From: Octopus sinensis
Lineage: Eukaryota
Reading direction: 5' to 3'
Assembly (NCBI RefSeq): GCF_006345805.1
Contig: NC_043004.1
Location: 30,008,001 to 30,072,000, forward strand
Length of the DNA: 64,000 nt
In this document: in pieces, positions 26,345 through 39,951 of the stretch
How positions within the stretch are numbered: position 1 is the first letter of the stretch
Layout of the letters: each line of letters starts with the position of its first letter
Made by a program: the position numbers and the translations under genes
The notes under the pieces: generated by a model
Told to the model about the DNA's origin: nothing
The model's database searches: none
What the model saw: only the letters and a program-made list of their open reading frames with translations

Positions 26345-26890
26345 CATCATCATCATCGTTTAACATCCACTTTCCATGCTAGCATGGGTTGGACGTATGA
26401 CTGAGGGCTGGCGAACCAGATGGCTGCACCAGGCTTCAATCTTGATCTGGCAGAGTTTCTACAGCTGGATGCCCTTCCTAACGCCAACCACTCCGAGAGT
26501 GTAGTGGGTACTTTTATGTGCCACCGGCATGGGGCCAGTCAGGCAGCACTGGCAACGACCTCACTCGAATCTTTTACACATGCTACCAGCACAGGTGCCA
26601 GTAAGGCAATGCTGGTAACAATCACGTTTGAATGGTGTCTTTTATGTGCCACTGGCATGGAGGCCAGATAGCTGCTCTGGCAACGATCACGCTTGGATGG
26701 TGCTCTTAATACCCTACTAGCACAGGGCTCGAGTGCCAGTAATGTGACGCTGGTAACGATCACGCTCGAATGGTGCCTTTTAAGTGCCACTGGCACTGAA
26801 GTCGGTTAGTCGCTCTGTCAATGATCACACTCGTATGGTGCTCTTTGCACCCTGCTAGCATGGACGCCAGTCATCGAATTTGATTTTGAT
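26345..26890 (-). mobile_element. RTE LINE 3' UTR with (GAT)n tail
   Basis: catcatcatcatcgtttaacatccactttccatgctagcatgggttggacg... is the reverse complement of the 3' end at 53560-53895. It contains about 6 gtgcc-ggt-ggcac/aaaagcacc subrepeats. Confidence 0.85.
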
Positions 26891-27709
26891 TTTTGTGAAT
26901 TAAAATAGCTATCTACATATCATACTTAACACACAGACACATACACACACATCAAGGTTTAAACTCTTATATACATCTAGGTTTTAAGAGACTGTCAGCT
27001 AACAGTTTTAAATATGAATGTGGATGAAATTTTATCCATGAACAAGAGTTCCCCACCCCTATTCTTCCTTTTTCTAGCACTCTGCTACCTCTAATGAGGT
27101 CTAGCATAGTTTAGTTTTGTTTTTAATGGTCTAGTGAGATAAGGAATAGGCTGCACCAACACCTGTGTTCAGGGTCTCTAAGACAGGTAGGAGGAAGGGA
27201 AGTAGTAATCCTTAGACCAGAGACGTGGCTTCAACTAGAGTGAACTCCACTAAAGGGACCCAAAGCTCCAGGTGGAAGCTTTATGGTGGTACTATGGGTG
27301 ATGGATAAGTAATTTAGGAAAAAATAAACAAGGATTTCTAAAGGAGATCACCAAAATGTTGTTTATTTCTAATAAATGTTTCAAGGCCTGAGATTCTGGA
27401 GTGAAATTGTTAGTTGACAGGTGACTTCATTTTATCAACCCCAGGAAGGATGAAATGAAAAGTTGACCAGGATTTGAACTCAGGATTTAAGGAGCGGAAG
27501 CAAATACTACAAGACATTTCTTTTGATTCTCTTAACAATTCTGCCAATCTACCACCATTTACCTTTATTTCTGAGAATAAAAGAAAAACTAAATAACAGA
27601 ACTAAAATAACTTATAGTATACATGCTGTAGGAATACATACATACAACAGGTTATCGTACACTACCACAGGAGGTTATTATAAATAGAGTAGGTTAAAAT
27701 ATATACAAA

Positions 27710-27747
<38 letters not shown>

Positions 27748-28093
27748 TATGGATTAAGGTCACCATTGGTTTCATGTTAAGCTTAACAGGTATCAAACCT
27801 GAAACATTGTAGATATTGTTTTAATCCAAAATGGAGATAAATACTGATGTTCTATGTGGCAGGTTTGATAATCTAAGGGATTTCTCTTTTAACATGAAAC
27901 CAATAGTAACCTTAATCATGGTTCAATAGGTTAATATATAACGTACAGTGTACATACAGAAGGTTAATCTCCATACAGTAATTTAATATATAAATAGTGT
28001 ACATACAGTACGTTAATTATGTTAACCTGCATATCGTTACACATGCAGTAGATAAATACATATATACAGTATACATACCATAGGTTAATTATA

Positions 28094-28621
28094 ATGTGTC
28101 ATCCCATAAATAATGCGATTTTTCAATTGCATGAACTAAAAGTCAGAAGGAGACGGGATAAACTACCTGCATCAACTTGCAATAAAAGCAGGTAGTAATT
28201 TCAACTTGTCCTTATTCTTAGTGCAAGTTTTGAAGAGTGCAGTTAAATTTTAACAGTTATTTTTTCAAAGCTATAATGGAAGTTTCAAAGGAGCATATGT
28301 AGTATATTTTGCTTTATGAGTTCAATAAAAGCAACAATGCAATGGAAAGTGCAAGGAATATTAATGCAATAAATGGAGATCAGACAATAAGCATAAACCA
28401 GTGACAACAGTGACAAGGTCAGAATAGTACTGGAGGAGTATTTTTCATCACGGACAAGTGAATTTTGGAAGTGGGTCCATGCAAGTCTACCAGATAGATG
28501 GAAGAGCATTGTAGAAAATGGAGGAGAGTATATTTTAGATTAAAAAAGAACTTTGCTTATCTTAATTTTGAAAAATAAAATAAGCATAAAAAAACTGCAT
28601 TACTTATGGGATGACCCAATA
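28094..28621 (+). mobile_element. Internally deleted mariner (same family as 23770-24786)
   Basis: TIRs gtcatcccataaataatgcg and gcattacttatgggatgacccaata. 5' and 3' transposase ends are joined at about 28400-28420. Confidence 0.85.
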
Positions 28622-28708
28622 TATACAGTATATATACAACAAGTTAATACATACACAGTATTTCAATATATATACAATATAAACACAATAGGTTAATATA
28701 TACACAGC

Positions 28709-28764
<56 letters not shown>

Positions 28765-28860
28765 TAGGTTAATATAAAGACAATATAAGTTAAAATATAT
28801 TCAGTATACATGCAGTAGGTTAATAAGAAATTCTAGAAGAAGGAAGCTAAATGATCTTAC

Positions 28861-28946
28861 ATTTGATTAGGTTGTGCTGAAATCAACATAGTCATCTATC
28901 AATATTCATCAGTCAATAACTTCACTCATATCTAGTTTCCATGTGG
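28861..28946 (-). other. Candidate 86-nt spliced exon (stops in all frames; UTR, non-coding or stop-containing)
   Basis: Minus strand ttttctctttacAG|ccacatgg...ctaatcaaat|GTAAGAtc: strong acceptor and donor in unique sequence. Confidence 0.35.
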
Positions 28947-29233
28947 CTGTAAAGAGAAAATGATCAATGTTATTTAAGGAAACAGAGAAATCGGGGTAGA
29001 GAAAGGTAACATACCTCAGAGATAAAAGTATAAATTGAATAAACATGGAGGTTTTTTTTATTAAAACAGCTGGGTACAAACATGCCTGCACTTAGTAACC
29101 ATGAGTTTTTTTAGTATCACTGCATTGCAACTTGGTTGTTTTCTACCTTGATCTTCAGCTGAGTTTGGTAGAATTATTGTATAAAATCCTGTTGTATGTA
29201 TGTGTATGTGAACGTGTGCATGTATGCGTGTGC

Positions 29234-29287
<54 letters not shown>

Positions 29288-29860
29288 CCATAGATGTTAA
29301 ATGATAATGGCATGACACAGATATATATAAATACACGCATGCATACACAAACATACAGCTGAAGGCCGCTAACAATGGCAAAGAAACTGAAAAACTCTTG
29401 GATTCTTAAATAATTGAAAACAACCAAACACAACAAAAAAAATGTTACATTATCATACATAGAATATAATATATAGAAGGAATGAAATGGTTTGTTGTTT
29501 GTATTAGAATTTTTATTTTCATGCGGTGCAACACAATGGGATTGTTCTTAACAGAGACATCATATTCAGGCAAAACAAGGACAGCTGTAGATACTATATG
29601 TATATATGTATACACTGTTTCAGAAAAAACAATAATTTTCAGAAGTACAAAAAAAAAAAAAGAAAGAAATCTTTTCAAAAAATTTATCAAAATATATTTG
29701 AGTTTAATGAACCAAATAAATTAGCTAATTAGTGTGAAACTGTGATAAAATACCATTGTCTCTTTTGTAGCAGAAAACAGGGAGGCAGCCTTTCAGCAAG
29801 TAGAGTGCCTGGCCCAATTTCGCATCTTGATTGTAGATATTTAGCTTCATTTAAAAACCC

Positions 29861-30084
29861 CTAACCCTTTAACATTCAGATTACACTGTCAAATATAATG
29901 TTTATTTATTCACATTATTTTGAATAAATTAAGCATCATCTCGTTGCTTTGAGATTTTGATGATGAGATGGTTTATTTTTAGAATAACATTATACAGTAG
30001 GTGTGAGAGATCAGATCTGGCTAGTTTTAACAAAGAACAGGTAGAATAGTTTGGCTGGATATGGTTTAAATGCTAAAGAGTTGA
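29861..30084. mobile_element. piggyBac-like MITE, degenerate, opposite orientation to 35552-35762
   Basis: Ends taaccctttaacattc and aaatgctaaagagttga; the interior is the reverse complement of the 35.6 kb copy. Confidence 0.65.
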
Positions 30085-30413
30085 TCCTTATTTTTAAAAC
30101 AATAAAGAATTTTAAAATGTTCAGTAAAATAAACTGTGGTTTGATTCATAAGCTGGTTTTTGGAAAAAATGAATAGTTCTCCCATAAAATTATAGTAGAA
30201 GATTTTGAAAGAAATATGAACATTTTAAAACAGAAGATTTTGCAATATAAAATCTGGTGTAGTCTTTAGGGAATGGCATGAAAATCACATAATCTTGGTT
30301 TCCACACACATTATGACTATAATACAAATTAATATTTAAACATATGTTCTACCTAATTTTTTTATAAAATATTCAAACTGGTCACATAGACACAAACATA
30401 CACAACCACACAC

Positions 30414-30414
<1 letters not shown>

Positions 30415-30483
<69 letters not shown>

Positions 30484-30502
30484 ATATATATATGTATATA
30501 TG

Positions 30503-30570
<68 letters not shown>
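30415..30570. repeat. (TA)n / (TATG) microsatellite
   Basis: Direct observation. Confidence 0.95.
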
Positions 30571-30571
<1 letters not shown>

Positions 30572-30588
30572 CAATCAATGTGGTAGGG

Positions 30589-30990
30589 CAGAGGTTCCCA
30601 ACCAGTGTACTGTGGGATCAACAGGTGCTGTGAAATATACATACATATGTTGTATCATGACTGATCATTTAGAGTAAAAAATACATTTTTATACTATTTT
30701 AACAATAAATATTATTGTCATCTTATATTTTGTATTGTTGTCTATTACATTTTTGTATTGTCATCTATTTTATAATTATTGTATCATCATTGGTGAAATA
30801 AAGAAAATTTTTTATCATCAATTCCAGGGACATAGTTTTTTTACCCAAATGTTATTATCCAGGGACAAGGTTTTGTTATATTGCTGTTGAATCAAAAAAC
30901 AACTGTCATATTAGATTTTCTAATAGGGGTACCATGGATTTCTGAAAGGCTTGGCAAGGGTGCCATGAGGGAGAAAAGGTTAGGATACTG
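30589..30990. mobile_element. Possible hAT-like MITE remnant
   Basis: Starts CAGAGGTTCCCAACC (hAT/Charlie-like TIR) and ends aaaaggttaggatactg. No clear 8-bp TSD. Confidence 0.35.
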
Positions 30991-31162
30991 TGTGCTAGAG
31001 GAAGCATTTGCAGTAGAAACAAATAAATCCCCTTCCCAAGATGTGACATTCTCCACAATTACAAAACAATTTAATATGAACTTCACCATTTCTGACTAAA
31101 GTAAATGAGGCAACTAGAAAGCAATGTAGATGAAACACCCCAAATTTACTGGATGTGTGTGC

Positions 31163-31209
<47 letters not shown>

Positions 31210-32049
31210 TATCATCATTTAATGTTCATTTTCCATGCTGGCATATTAGTTCTTTTCATTATTCTGTCTATTTCAGTACCATGTCATCATATAAATATAG
31301 TTTCAATTGTTATGTCTTCCTTGTTGTTGCCTTAAGATAATCTTAGTTCAAGCATTTCCTTAACCACAACATATTCATTCATTCATTCATTCATCTCTTG
31401 AAATTTATCACACAGTCATTTATTTCTCTAATTTTGTCTTAGCCTGTCTGACTGCAAACTTTCAGATTTCTCAATTCTATTTTATTATTATTATCAACAT
31501 TTGCTGTCGCATTAAATTATGCTACACAAATCCCAAAAGAATATTTTTCTCCCTTGTGTTCTGACCACTACCCCTCTATCTCTCCGTCTCACTCTGTCTC
31601 TCTCTTGGCCTCACTCTGTCTCTCTTTGATTACCACTAGCTTCCCCAAGACTTCCTCCACCATCACCACCACCCTATATAAACTAGCGCATGCCCTCGGA
31701 TTCCCCTACTCAAATTTTCTTGTTTTTTTTACCTCCTCCAAAGGAATATGTATACAGAAGATGCTCTCGTCTAAATTTGCTAGTTCGCAGAACGCCTGCC
31801 CTCCCACTCCCTCCACATGTACAGGAAGTTCCTGTCCTTTGTCATCCTTTGGTTGTCTCTCCCATGAACACTTCTGAAGGCTTTATGCCATCCCCACCCC
31901 TACTTAGGCTTTATCTCCTACATAAGATAGTGATCATATAGTGCAAAAATATGATGGTATAGTGTATGCAGGTTGAACTGAAGGCTATTGTTTGTTATGA
32001 ATTCTGCCAAATGTGAGCTTTCTTTTCAGGTGCATGAAGCTGCTGTCCC

Positions 32050-33741
32050 TTGTCCCAGGGTCTCACAGGGCCATACCTCCCACACCCACAGGGTTGGCAC
32101 TCTCAACATCGGCACATTGAATGGTAGGTCTGGTGAGATTGTTGAGATGTGAATTGAGATGTGTCAATATATGCTGCATCCAAGAAGTAAGGTGGAGAGG
32201 AGGTTCCGTTAGGTTCCTCACAGGCAAAGAACACAGGTACAAAATTTTCTGGGTAGGGAACACTGACAGGGTTGGGGGCGTGGGTATACTTCTCGCTGAA
32301 AAATGGGTAGATAAGGTAATCGAGGTAGTCAGAATATGCAACAGAATACTCAAGATTAGATTAGTGCTTCATCATGGTTTAGCAACCATTATATCGGCCT
32401 ATGCCCCACAGCCAGGGCTACCCGATGGACAGAAAGGCCGATTCTATGACACCCTCTTGCAGACTACCTCATTGACGAATGACAGGGACCTTCTCTTTGT
32501 GGCTAGTGACTTCAATGAACATGTTGGACAACATACAAGGGGCTTCCATTGCGTACATGGAGGCTACGGTTTTGGTTCCCGCAATGAGAAGGGAACCAGG
32601 CTGCTGGAGTTCTGCGATGCAAATGACCTTATGGTTTGCAATACTAACTTCAGGAAACCTGCCAGTCACCTAGCCACCTACTGTTTTGGCAGACACACTA
32701 GCCAAATTGCCTAGATCCTTGCCAGAAAAAGGAAAAGATGGCTGATTATAAATGCCAAAACCTTTCCAGGCAAAGAATGTACCCCACAGCAGAGATTAGT
32801 AGTTAGTGACTTCAGGATCAGGGCTAAGTGGATGCCCAGAAGACGACCAACATGGAGGAGAGGGGTCTGGAAGCTTAAAAATCCTGCAAATGGACAGAGA
32901 TTTAGAGACATATTACTCGAAGCCTTTGAAGAAATAGAAGAGGATACAGTAGAAGACAACTGGAAGTTTCTATGGGACAACCTGCTGAGGGCCACTGACC
33001 AGATCTGTGGATGGTGCAAAGTCCCCTCTCGACCCAAACTAATGTGGTGGTGGAACACTGTTGTTGACAGGGCTATTAGAGAAAAAAAAACAGGCTTGGA
33101 AGGACTGGAAGAACGGTGGTAGCAGAGAATTGTATCAGGCTGCCTGAAGGGAAGCTAGGAAACAGGTTTATTTAGCCAGAAGGGAAGCAGATAAGAAAAA
33201 ATTTCCCAATGTTCTGTGCTGTGAGGACCAAAGACTTGAGGTATTTCATGTTGCAAGACAGTGTATGAGAGAGAATCATGATATTGTAGGAGAGAAGTGT
33301 GTCCGCATGGATAATGGTTCTCTTGCACTAAATGAGGCTGCAAAGAGAGACGCCACTATGAAAGATTGCTGAATAAAGAAAATGAATGGGATAAAGAGAG
33401 TCTGCCGAATGTCGACACAACAGAGGGACCAGCTATCTGAGTTGACAGTACCTTGGTAGATAAAGCAATTAAGAGTATGGAGACAAGGAAAGCCCCCCCC
33501 CCCCCGGCCCATCAGGAATCACTGCAGAGATGCTCATAATATCTGGCAGTGTCGGCTATAGCTTAGTCACCCATATAACTAACCAGGTGATACATGAAGG
33601 AATCATACCCAATGACTGGTGTAGCAGCTACATAGTCAACTGCTACAAAGGTAAAGGTAACACTTTAGATACAAATAATTACAGAGGTATCAGGTTGTTG
33701 GATCATGTAATGAAGGTCACGGAGAGGGTCATAGCTCAACT
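32050..33741 (+). mobile_element. RTE LINE 5' ORF portion (APE endonuclease, linker, start of RT), disrupted and 3'-truncated
   Basis: VGTLNIGTLNGRSGEIVE, CCIQEVRWRGGS, ISAYAPQ, VASDFNEHVG, LMVCNTNFRK, WWWN, KAPGPSGITAEML and IPNDW...YKGKGNTLDTNNYRGIRLLDHVMKVTERV. The adjoining 31550-32050 may be its 5' region. Confidence 0.9.
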
Positions 33742-34170
33742 ATGGCCAAAGAGTTTATTTTGATCCAGGGAATCCCAAAAGAGCTAGAGGACAAATATTT
33801 GTGCCACAATCGATGACTCTCACAGCATTCTTTAAGCTGTGTAGATGTGATGCATTCACCGTGACAATCTTCTACTGTGATGTACCGAAGTATTACACCT
33901 AGAATAACGATGTTAAGAAGTGGAAGAGGAGAAAGCTTGGTGTAACCATTGAAAGGCATCCACAAATAAAAAACAGTAATGCTCTAGGTTGAGTTTATAC
34001 GGTCGGTCCACCCCAAAAACTTCGAATGCTACTGTCTCCAGATGCTCCTCCACAAAGTTCCTGGACCAACCTCATTCAAAGACCTTAAAACCGTAAACTC
34101 CTTGATTTGCGAAACATTTTGACAAGCCTGCTAACTATGAGGTCTTCTTGAAAATGGTGGTCACTCTTTG
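33742..34170 (+). mobile_element. Helitron RepHel coding fragment
   Basis: GQRVYF...TLTAFFKLC...YCDVPKYYT*N...KWKRRK...ALG*VYTV..HPKNFECYCLQMLLHKVPGPTSFKDLKTVN...ETF*QAC*L*GLLE, the conserved segment between the Rep and PIF1 helicase domains of Helitrons. Confidence 0.85.
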
Positions 34171-34189
34171 TGATGCAACAAACTACATC

Positions 34190-34335
34190 CACAAAGTGGA
34201 TGTAAGTGTTTTCAAATCAAAACTGGATCTCTCTTCCTGTTGAGATTCCCAGATGAACCTACCTCACAACGGGAGGCACAAATGAGAGTAGCGACATCAA
34301 CTCGCTATTCACAAAATGCCACATATCAGAGGAGG
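34190..34335 (+). mobile_element. CR1-group LINE extreme 3' end
   Basis: HKVDVSVFKSKLD..PDEPTSQREAQMRVATSTRY-like C-terminus followed by an (AAT) tail. Confidence 0.55.
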
Positions 34336-34593
34336 CTCTCAATAATAATAGTGTAGTAAAACAGCATGGCCACAGCTTTGAGCAGAAACTGATAAAACAA
34401 CAATATATTTGTGTGTCCATGTCCCCAAAAAGTTTTTGTAAGTTAGAAAAAGAGATGCACTTGCACATTGTTACTAGAATAGGTATATTATTTATGCAGT
34501 ATTGTGTTTGGTAACAAAAATTGGCTGTTATGAAACTAAATTCATAATTCTGTATAAATAATATATATGTATGTGTATATTCACACACACACA

Positions 34594-34632
<39 letters not shown>

Positions 34633-35551
34633 CAATACATTGATTAACAAAGTTAATATGTTCCACTTATTTTTCTTTTTATTTCACTAACAGAAATTTT
34701 GTTATCAAAGGAATGGAAAACACAATTTTTATGCAGATAAATTATTTTGATTATTGACAAAAAACAAAACAAAAAAAAAAAGAAGTAAAGAAATAAGCAC
34801 TCATTTAAAACAGTTAGGTTACAATGGCCTGGCATATATAGAAAAATTTCCTTTGTACAAGTCTGGAATTCATTTATAAAATATGGTATTACTGAGTGTG
34901 TTAGATGCTTGTTATCATCAAAAATAAAAAAAAAAAAGACATCATGGCTTGACTATTTTGTTCAATATTTAGATTGCTTTCTGAGAGTCACTGTAAAGTG
35001 GAACTCATTTCATTAAGGCGATAAAGATGTCTGCTGCTTGGTCTAATTGTGGCGGAGTCTCTTGTTTGTTATTTGAACCAGATACTTGCAGTTCTGTTAA
35101 ATCCTTAAGGCTTTCACTGATGATGGTCTGGTATCATCACCATCATCATCAGCAGCATTTAATGTATGTCTTTTATGCCATCATAGGTTGGATGGTTTGA
35201 CAACATCTGAAGCTCCAGTGTCTACTTTAGTAATGGTTTCTATAGTTGGATGCTCTTCCTAGAATCAACCACTTTACAGAGTGTATCGGATGCTGTTTTC
35301 ATGATTACCGGCACTTAGTGATGATTGCCTTGTAACTTACCACCTAAATTATCATCTATAACTGAGGGAGAATGGAAGAGAGAGTGATGGTAAAAGGAAT
35401 GTGTGGGGAAGTATGGTAGGGAATAGATGGAAGGGGTTAGTTATATGGGTTATTGAAAGACATGGGGGATAGTGTTGAAAGGTAACAGGGTGGATTGTAA
35501 GGGAATGGGTATCATGCAATAAATCCTGATTAATGCCTGCATCACCTTTAA

Positions 35552-35762
35552 CCCTTTAGCATTCAAACCGGCCAAAATATTCTACCTGCTTTATGTTCAA
35601 AATGTTCAGATCTGACCTCTCACACCAACCCTACATTATCTTTCTAAAAAGTAACAGTTACTTTGTACAAACTCGCAAAGTTACAAAATAATGCCAGATT
35701 ATTTCAAAACAATGTGAATAAATAAGCATTGCTTTCGATAAAACAATTCGAATGCTAAAGGA
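35552..35762. mobile_element. piggyBac-like MITE with TTAA target sites
   Basis: TTAA(35548-35551)-CCCTTTAGCATTC ... GAATGCTAAAGGA-TTAA(35763-35766); 211 bp, non-coding. Confidence 0.8.
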
Positions 35763-35784
35763 TTAAAATCTCACTTCCAGTACC

Positions 35785-36016
35785 TATTTCCTTATTACCC
35801 ACAAGGGGCTAAACACAGAGGGAACAAACAAGGACAGACATAGGTATTAAGTCGATTACATCGACCCCAGTTCGTAACTGGTACTTAATTTATAGACCCC
35901 GAAAGGATGAAAGTCAAAGTCGACCTTGGCGGAATTTGAACTCACAACGTAACGCAGACGAAATACCGCTAAGCATTTCACCCGGCGTGCTAACGTTTCT
36001 GCCAGCTCGCCGCCTT
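35785..36016 (-). mobile_element. SINE family A, young full-length copy
   Basis: CpG-rich. Reverse complement begins aaggcggcgagctggcagaaacgttagcacgccgggtgaaatgcttagcgg and contains a GAGTTCAAAT B-box-like motif. Nearly identical to 39325-39535. Confidence 0.9.
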
Positions 36017-36299
36017 CCAATACCATCCATACAAACTACTACTAATAGAGATCATTTTGATCCTCTAATCTATGGCCTTCATGAACTAAATTTGGACTCA
36101 ATTTTTTTCTCAAGCCACAATCTCTCTCTATAGAAATTCTTTGTCTGATGTTCTCTATGCATTCTCAAATGGCTCCATCAAATCAAATTTTACAGGGTAA
36201 TAAGTATTACACCCTGCGAGTGTCAACATGCAATTTTCATTTTATTTTGAACTGAAACGATATAACATTTTCTTGAAAACAATCTTTCTGTAGTCTACT

Positions 36300-36575
36300 A
36301 TGGTAACAGACATGGCACCGGCACAAAAACCTTTTACATGGCACTGGCACACAACTCATGCATGCCAATCCTCTTCACCAGGGGGTGCGGCCTTAACACT
36401 TCTGCTGTGGATGACAGGCCTTCTTGAATACAGCAAGGCGCCAGGTATCTTGATCCTTTTTCATCTTGTATGAGTGATCCTGTGTCTGGAGGTCATCCTT
36501 TAGTACTTTGTCCTATGATCTTCCCAGGTTTCCCCCTTCCATGTGTTCCATTCACTTTGAGAGATTGCACCTGTA
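36300..36575 (-). mobile_element. RTE LINE ORF end and 3' UTR start, degenerate
   Basis: Minus strand GRGKPGK..DKVLKDDL...DQDTWRLAVFKKACHPQQKC. Confidence 0.6.
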
Positions 36576-38244
36576 ATACTGATTTATTGATTCAATGACA
36601 ATAAAACTGCTCAAATGATCCTAGTTATTTCCAATGTTTTATGCCACATAACCTGCCAAGGCCATGATACCACACCTTTCTCCACACCATTAGAAAATAT
36701 AAACATTCTATTGGTTTATTGATTGTGATTCAGTCAAACCTTAACTGTGATGGAATGGGGAATGGATCTGGGGTTTTGTGGGTAGGAGGGATATGTGACA
36801 TTGGTAGGCGGGGACAGTTTATGGTACTAGGTGGGATGGTTTAATGTTTAGTCTTCATTCAGATCTAATCAAGATCTATGACCAACAGCATTCCTTCCAT
36901 GACCATCCTGTCTTTTTGTATATCAAGATCTACAGTGTGTTCTTGTGTTTTTGTGCCTCAGTTAGAAATTATCATATTATTATTATTATTATTATTATTA
37001 TTATGGCAGTGAGCTGGCAAAATCATTATCATGCCAGACAAAATGTTCAGTGGCATTTCTTCTAGCTTTATGTTCTGAGTTCAAATGTTGGTGAGGTCAA
37101 CTTTACCATTCATTCTTTCATGCTTGATAAAAAAATGTATCAGTGAAGTACTGGGGTTGATGTAATCGACTGCTCCTTCCCCCCAAATTTCAGGCCTTGT
37201 GCTCCTGATAGAAAGAATCATAATTCTCTTACTCTCTCTCCCTCATTTATACTTTTATACACAAACAGATCATCCACAACTATGGCCATGTTTATGTAAA
37301 ACAGTTAAGTTAAATAACAACAATGTGAATTAAAATAATTTATTTTTCCTTGCTCTTAAATTATTGTGGATTAGTGACAGAACAAACAGGCAAAGTTCAA
37401 TTCCTGACATGGTTTTCTGTAATGATCTGCTTGAGTTGTTTTTATTACTCTCAGAATCACTTCATACAAGAATTGTCACTAATAGCAATATAACATTTCA
37501 ATGATTTTGAAAACATGAAATATTTTATTTCAAGAACATGATATAAAATAAACTAATTTCAATAGATTTTGTTGAAACGCATTATTTATTGTAAGAATAT
37601 TGAATATTTTCATTAAATTATTGAAATTTGTTTCAGAATTTTAATGTATAAATGGAAAAAAAAAATCAAAGGACTCCTTGAAAGGAAATGGTAATCACAT
37701 CTTTTTAAACACTGAACTAAATACAAGTTTTGCAATACTGAATTTAGCTGTTTCTAATTTACAAAAATAAATAAATAAAACATAATAAACAACAAAAATT
37801 CATATTCTGTTCTATCTTTATTTTTGCTGATATCATACTGAAAGTTTGGAGAAGAACAGAAAGATATAATTCATTGCAATATGAATTAATAATATTCTCT
37901 GTACAAAGATCATGATACAGAATAATGCTGTATCCTAGACTTGTGTCAACAGGGATAAAAAAAAGGGACAAACTATTGATAATATTGGTGCAAAGACAGC
38001 AATTTCAAGAGGAGAGGATATGGCGAAGCCACTGACCCCACCATACCTTCTCCCAGTACTTGACTGGTACTTTAGTTTATTGACTCAGAAAGGATGAAAG
38101 GTGCAAAGTGATCATGGCAGGATTTGAACTCAGAACATAAAGAACCAGGACAAATGCCACAAAGCAATTTTTCTGGCACTCCAACTATTCTGCCAACTCA
38201 TCACCAGACAATTATTGATGAGAAAGATGTTCATTCTGAATGTC

Positions 38245-38690
38245 TTACTTCCCTGGGCATGGATACATTGAAAGCTTTAGAAAGCTGACTTGGCAGACAC
38301 CCATAAAATTATTAACCATCTTACTAACAGTAACTCTGAGCACCTTTTCAAACTCCACCTGTCTAACACCCATGGGCATGTTTACAAAGTCAGAAAACAG
38401 CACAGCTCTCATGACTTTTGGAAACATCTTTTTACGCTAAGCTTTGCTGAAGCATGGAACAAACTGCCGGCATCAGTTGTTAGAGCACTGCATCTTTCAA
38501 AACTTCTGTGCTTCCTGATATTCGCCAACACTACACCTGATTTTCTCCCCTCCATACACACGCAAGCATGTATCTGACTCATACACTGTTCACTTCCCAG
38601 ACATTACTGCATATGCTTTATATGCACTTTTGACAAGTTGTGGTGCACCTGAGCATTGTATACAATAACTTAATTATTATTATTATTATC
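38245..38690 (+). mobile_element. CR1-group LINE 3' end with (ATT)n tail
   Basis: DLADTHKIINHLTNSNSEHLFKLHLSNTHGHVYKVRKQHSSHDFWKH...AEAWNKLPASVV, then a UTR and an attattatt tail. Confidence 0.8.
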
Positions 38691-39178
38691 ATCAAGCTTC
38701 AGGGGTGAACAAAAGAGTCCCAGGAAAAGACTCATTTAAATCTGAAATCACCTGCTGCATTTCGTGTGTGTGTGTGTGGGGGGGGGGGAGCAAAATGTGG
38801 CTGAGAAACTTTGCTTCCTAATCTAGTGGTTTTGGGTTAAGTTCCACTGTGCAGCACGTTAAGCAAGTATTTTCTAATATAGTCTTGGGCCAACCAAAAC
38901 CTTGTGTATAGATTTGGTATACAGAAATTGAAAGAAGCCAACTGTATGCGTATGCATGTGTGTGTGTGTGTGTGTGTGCGTGCATGCATGTACCATTGTC
39001 TTGACATCATGAAGTGATTGTAGATGAGCATTATTGTCATACAAGCAACATTTTTTCATTTCTGGTCTTCTGTGAGAAATATGTTTAACCAAAGAAAAGG
39101 CAGAGATGTAAAAAAAGAGCTTCAGTAAACTATCATGCAAGTACACGTAAATATTTAGCCCACCTCCTTTGTATGTAT

Positions 39179-39209
<31 letters not shown>

Positions 39210-39324
39210 GAGAGAGAGAGAGAAAACAAAGTTATTTCATACCACACAGATAGAAATATAGGAAAAATAGAAGTTGAAAATGCACTGAGAATAGTTTAAA
39301 TATTTTTCATTAATACATATTTCT

Positions 39325-39535
39325 TTATTACCCACAAGAGGCTAAACACAGAGGGGACAAACAAGGACAGACAAAGGGATTAAGTCGATTATATCAACCC
39401 CAGTGCGTAACTGGTACTTAATTTATCGACCCCGAAAGGATGAAAGGTAAAGTTGACCTCGGTGGAATTTGAACTCACAACGCAGACGAAATACTGCTAA
39501 GCATTTCGCCCGACATGCTAACGTTACTGCCAGCT
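39325..39535 (-). mobile_element. SINE family A, young copy
   Basis: Near-identical to 35785-36016. Confidence 0.9.
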
Positions 39536-39732
39536 TTTTTTTAATTAATATATTTAAAGCTTTAACTGGTTTCACAGTTTACACTGATTTTCAAAAAGTT
39601 CAAATAGAAAGACATGACTTAAGTTGCAGCTGTCTTGCTTCTGACTAGTGTTTGAAGCTTGCCCCGTTTTTACAGGGAGTTCATGGCTCAAATTAGTATA
39701 TGTTTTGAATAGGATTTGATTGGTAGAGGATA

Positions 39733-39951
39733 GTCACATGACTGGTCTTGGAAATCTTTGTAGGTTCCCTGCTACGTCCATGTGTTAGTATCAAGTGACA
39801 ATGTTTGGCATCGTAAGTTAAGGCTGACACGGTTGACTGAACATGTCCAAACAATCACCGCTCTGAATGTTTTCTGGTAAGTGCTTGTAGAGAATGAACA
39901 AGTTTATAATGTTTTGTATGTTTCTTGCTGCGTGCATTAGTGTCACGTGAC
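39733..39951 (+). promoter_or_regulatory. Promoter-like patch with two palindromic E-boxes and a strong 5' splice site
   Basis: GTCACATGAC (39733-39742) and GTCACGTGAC (39942-39951), locally retained CpGs, and a plus-strand donor ctg|GTAAGT at 39877. Confidence 0.35.

Noticed and set aside
26500-26870. Regularly spaced short repeats resembling a CRISPR array
   Set aside because: The units are degenerate subrepeats of the RTE 3' UTR, seen in other copies. The spacers are themselves similar, there are no cas genes, and the context is eukaryotic.
27680-28830. Recurrent (c)agtaggttaatata motif
   Set aside because: A degenerate AT-rich minisatellite interrupted by a mariner; no evidence of function.
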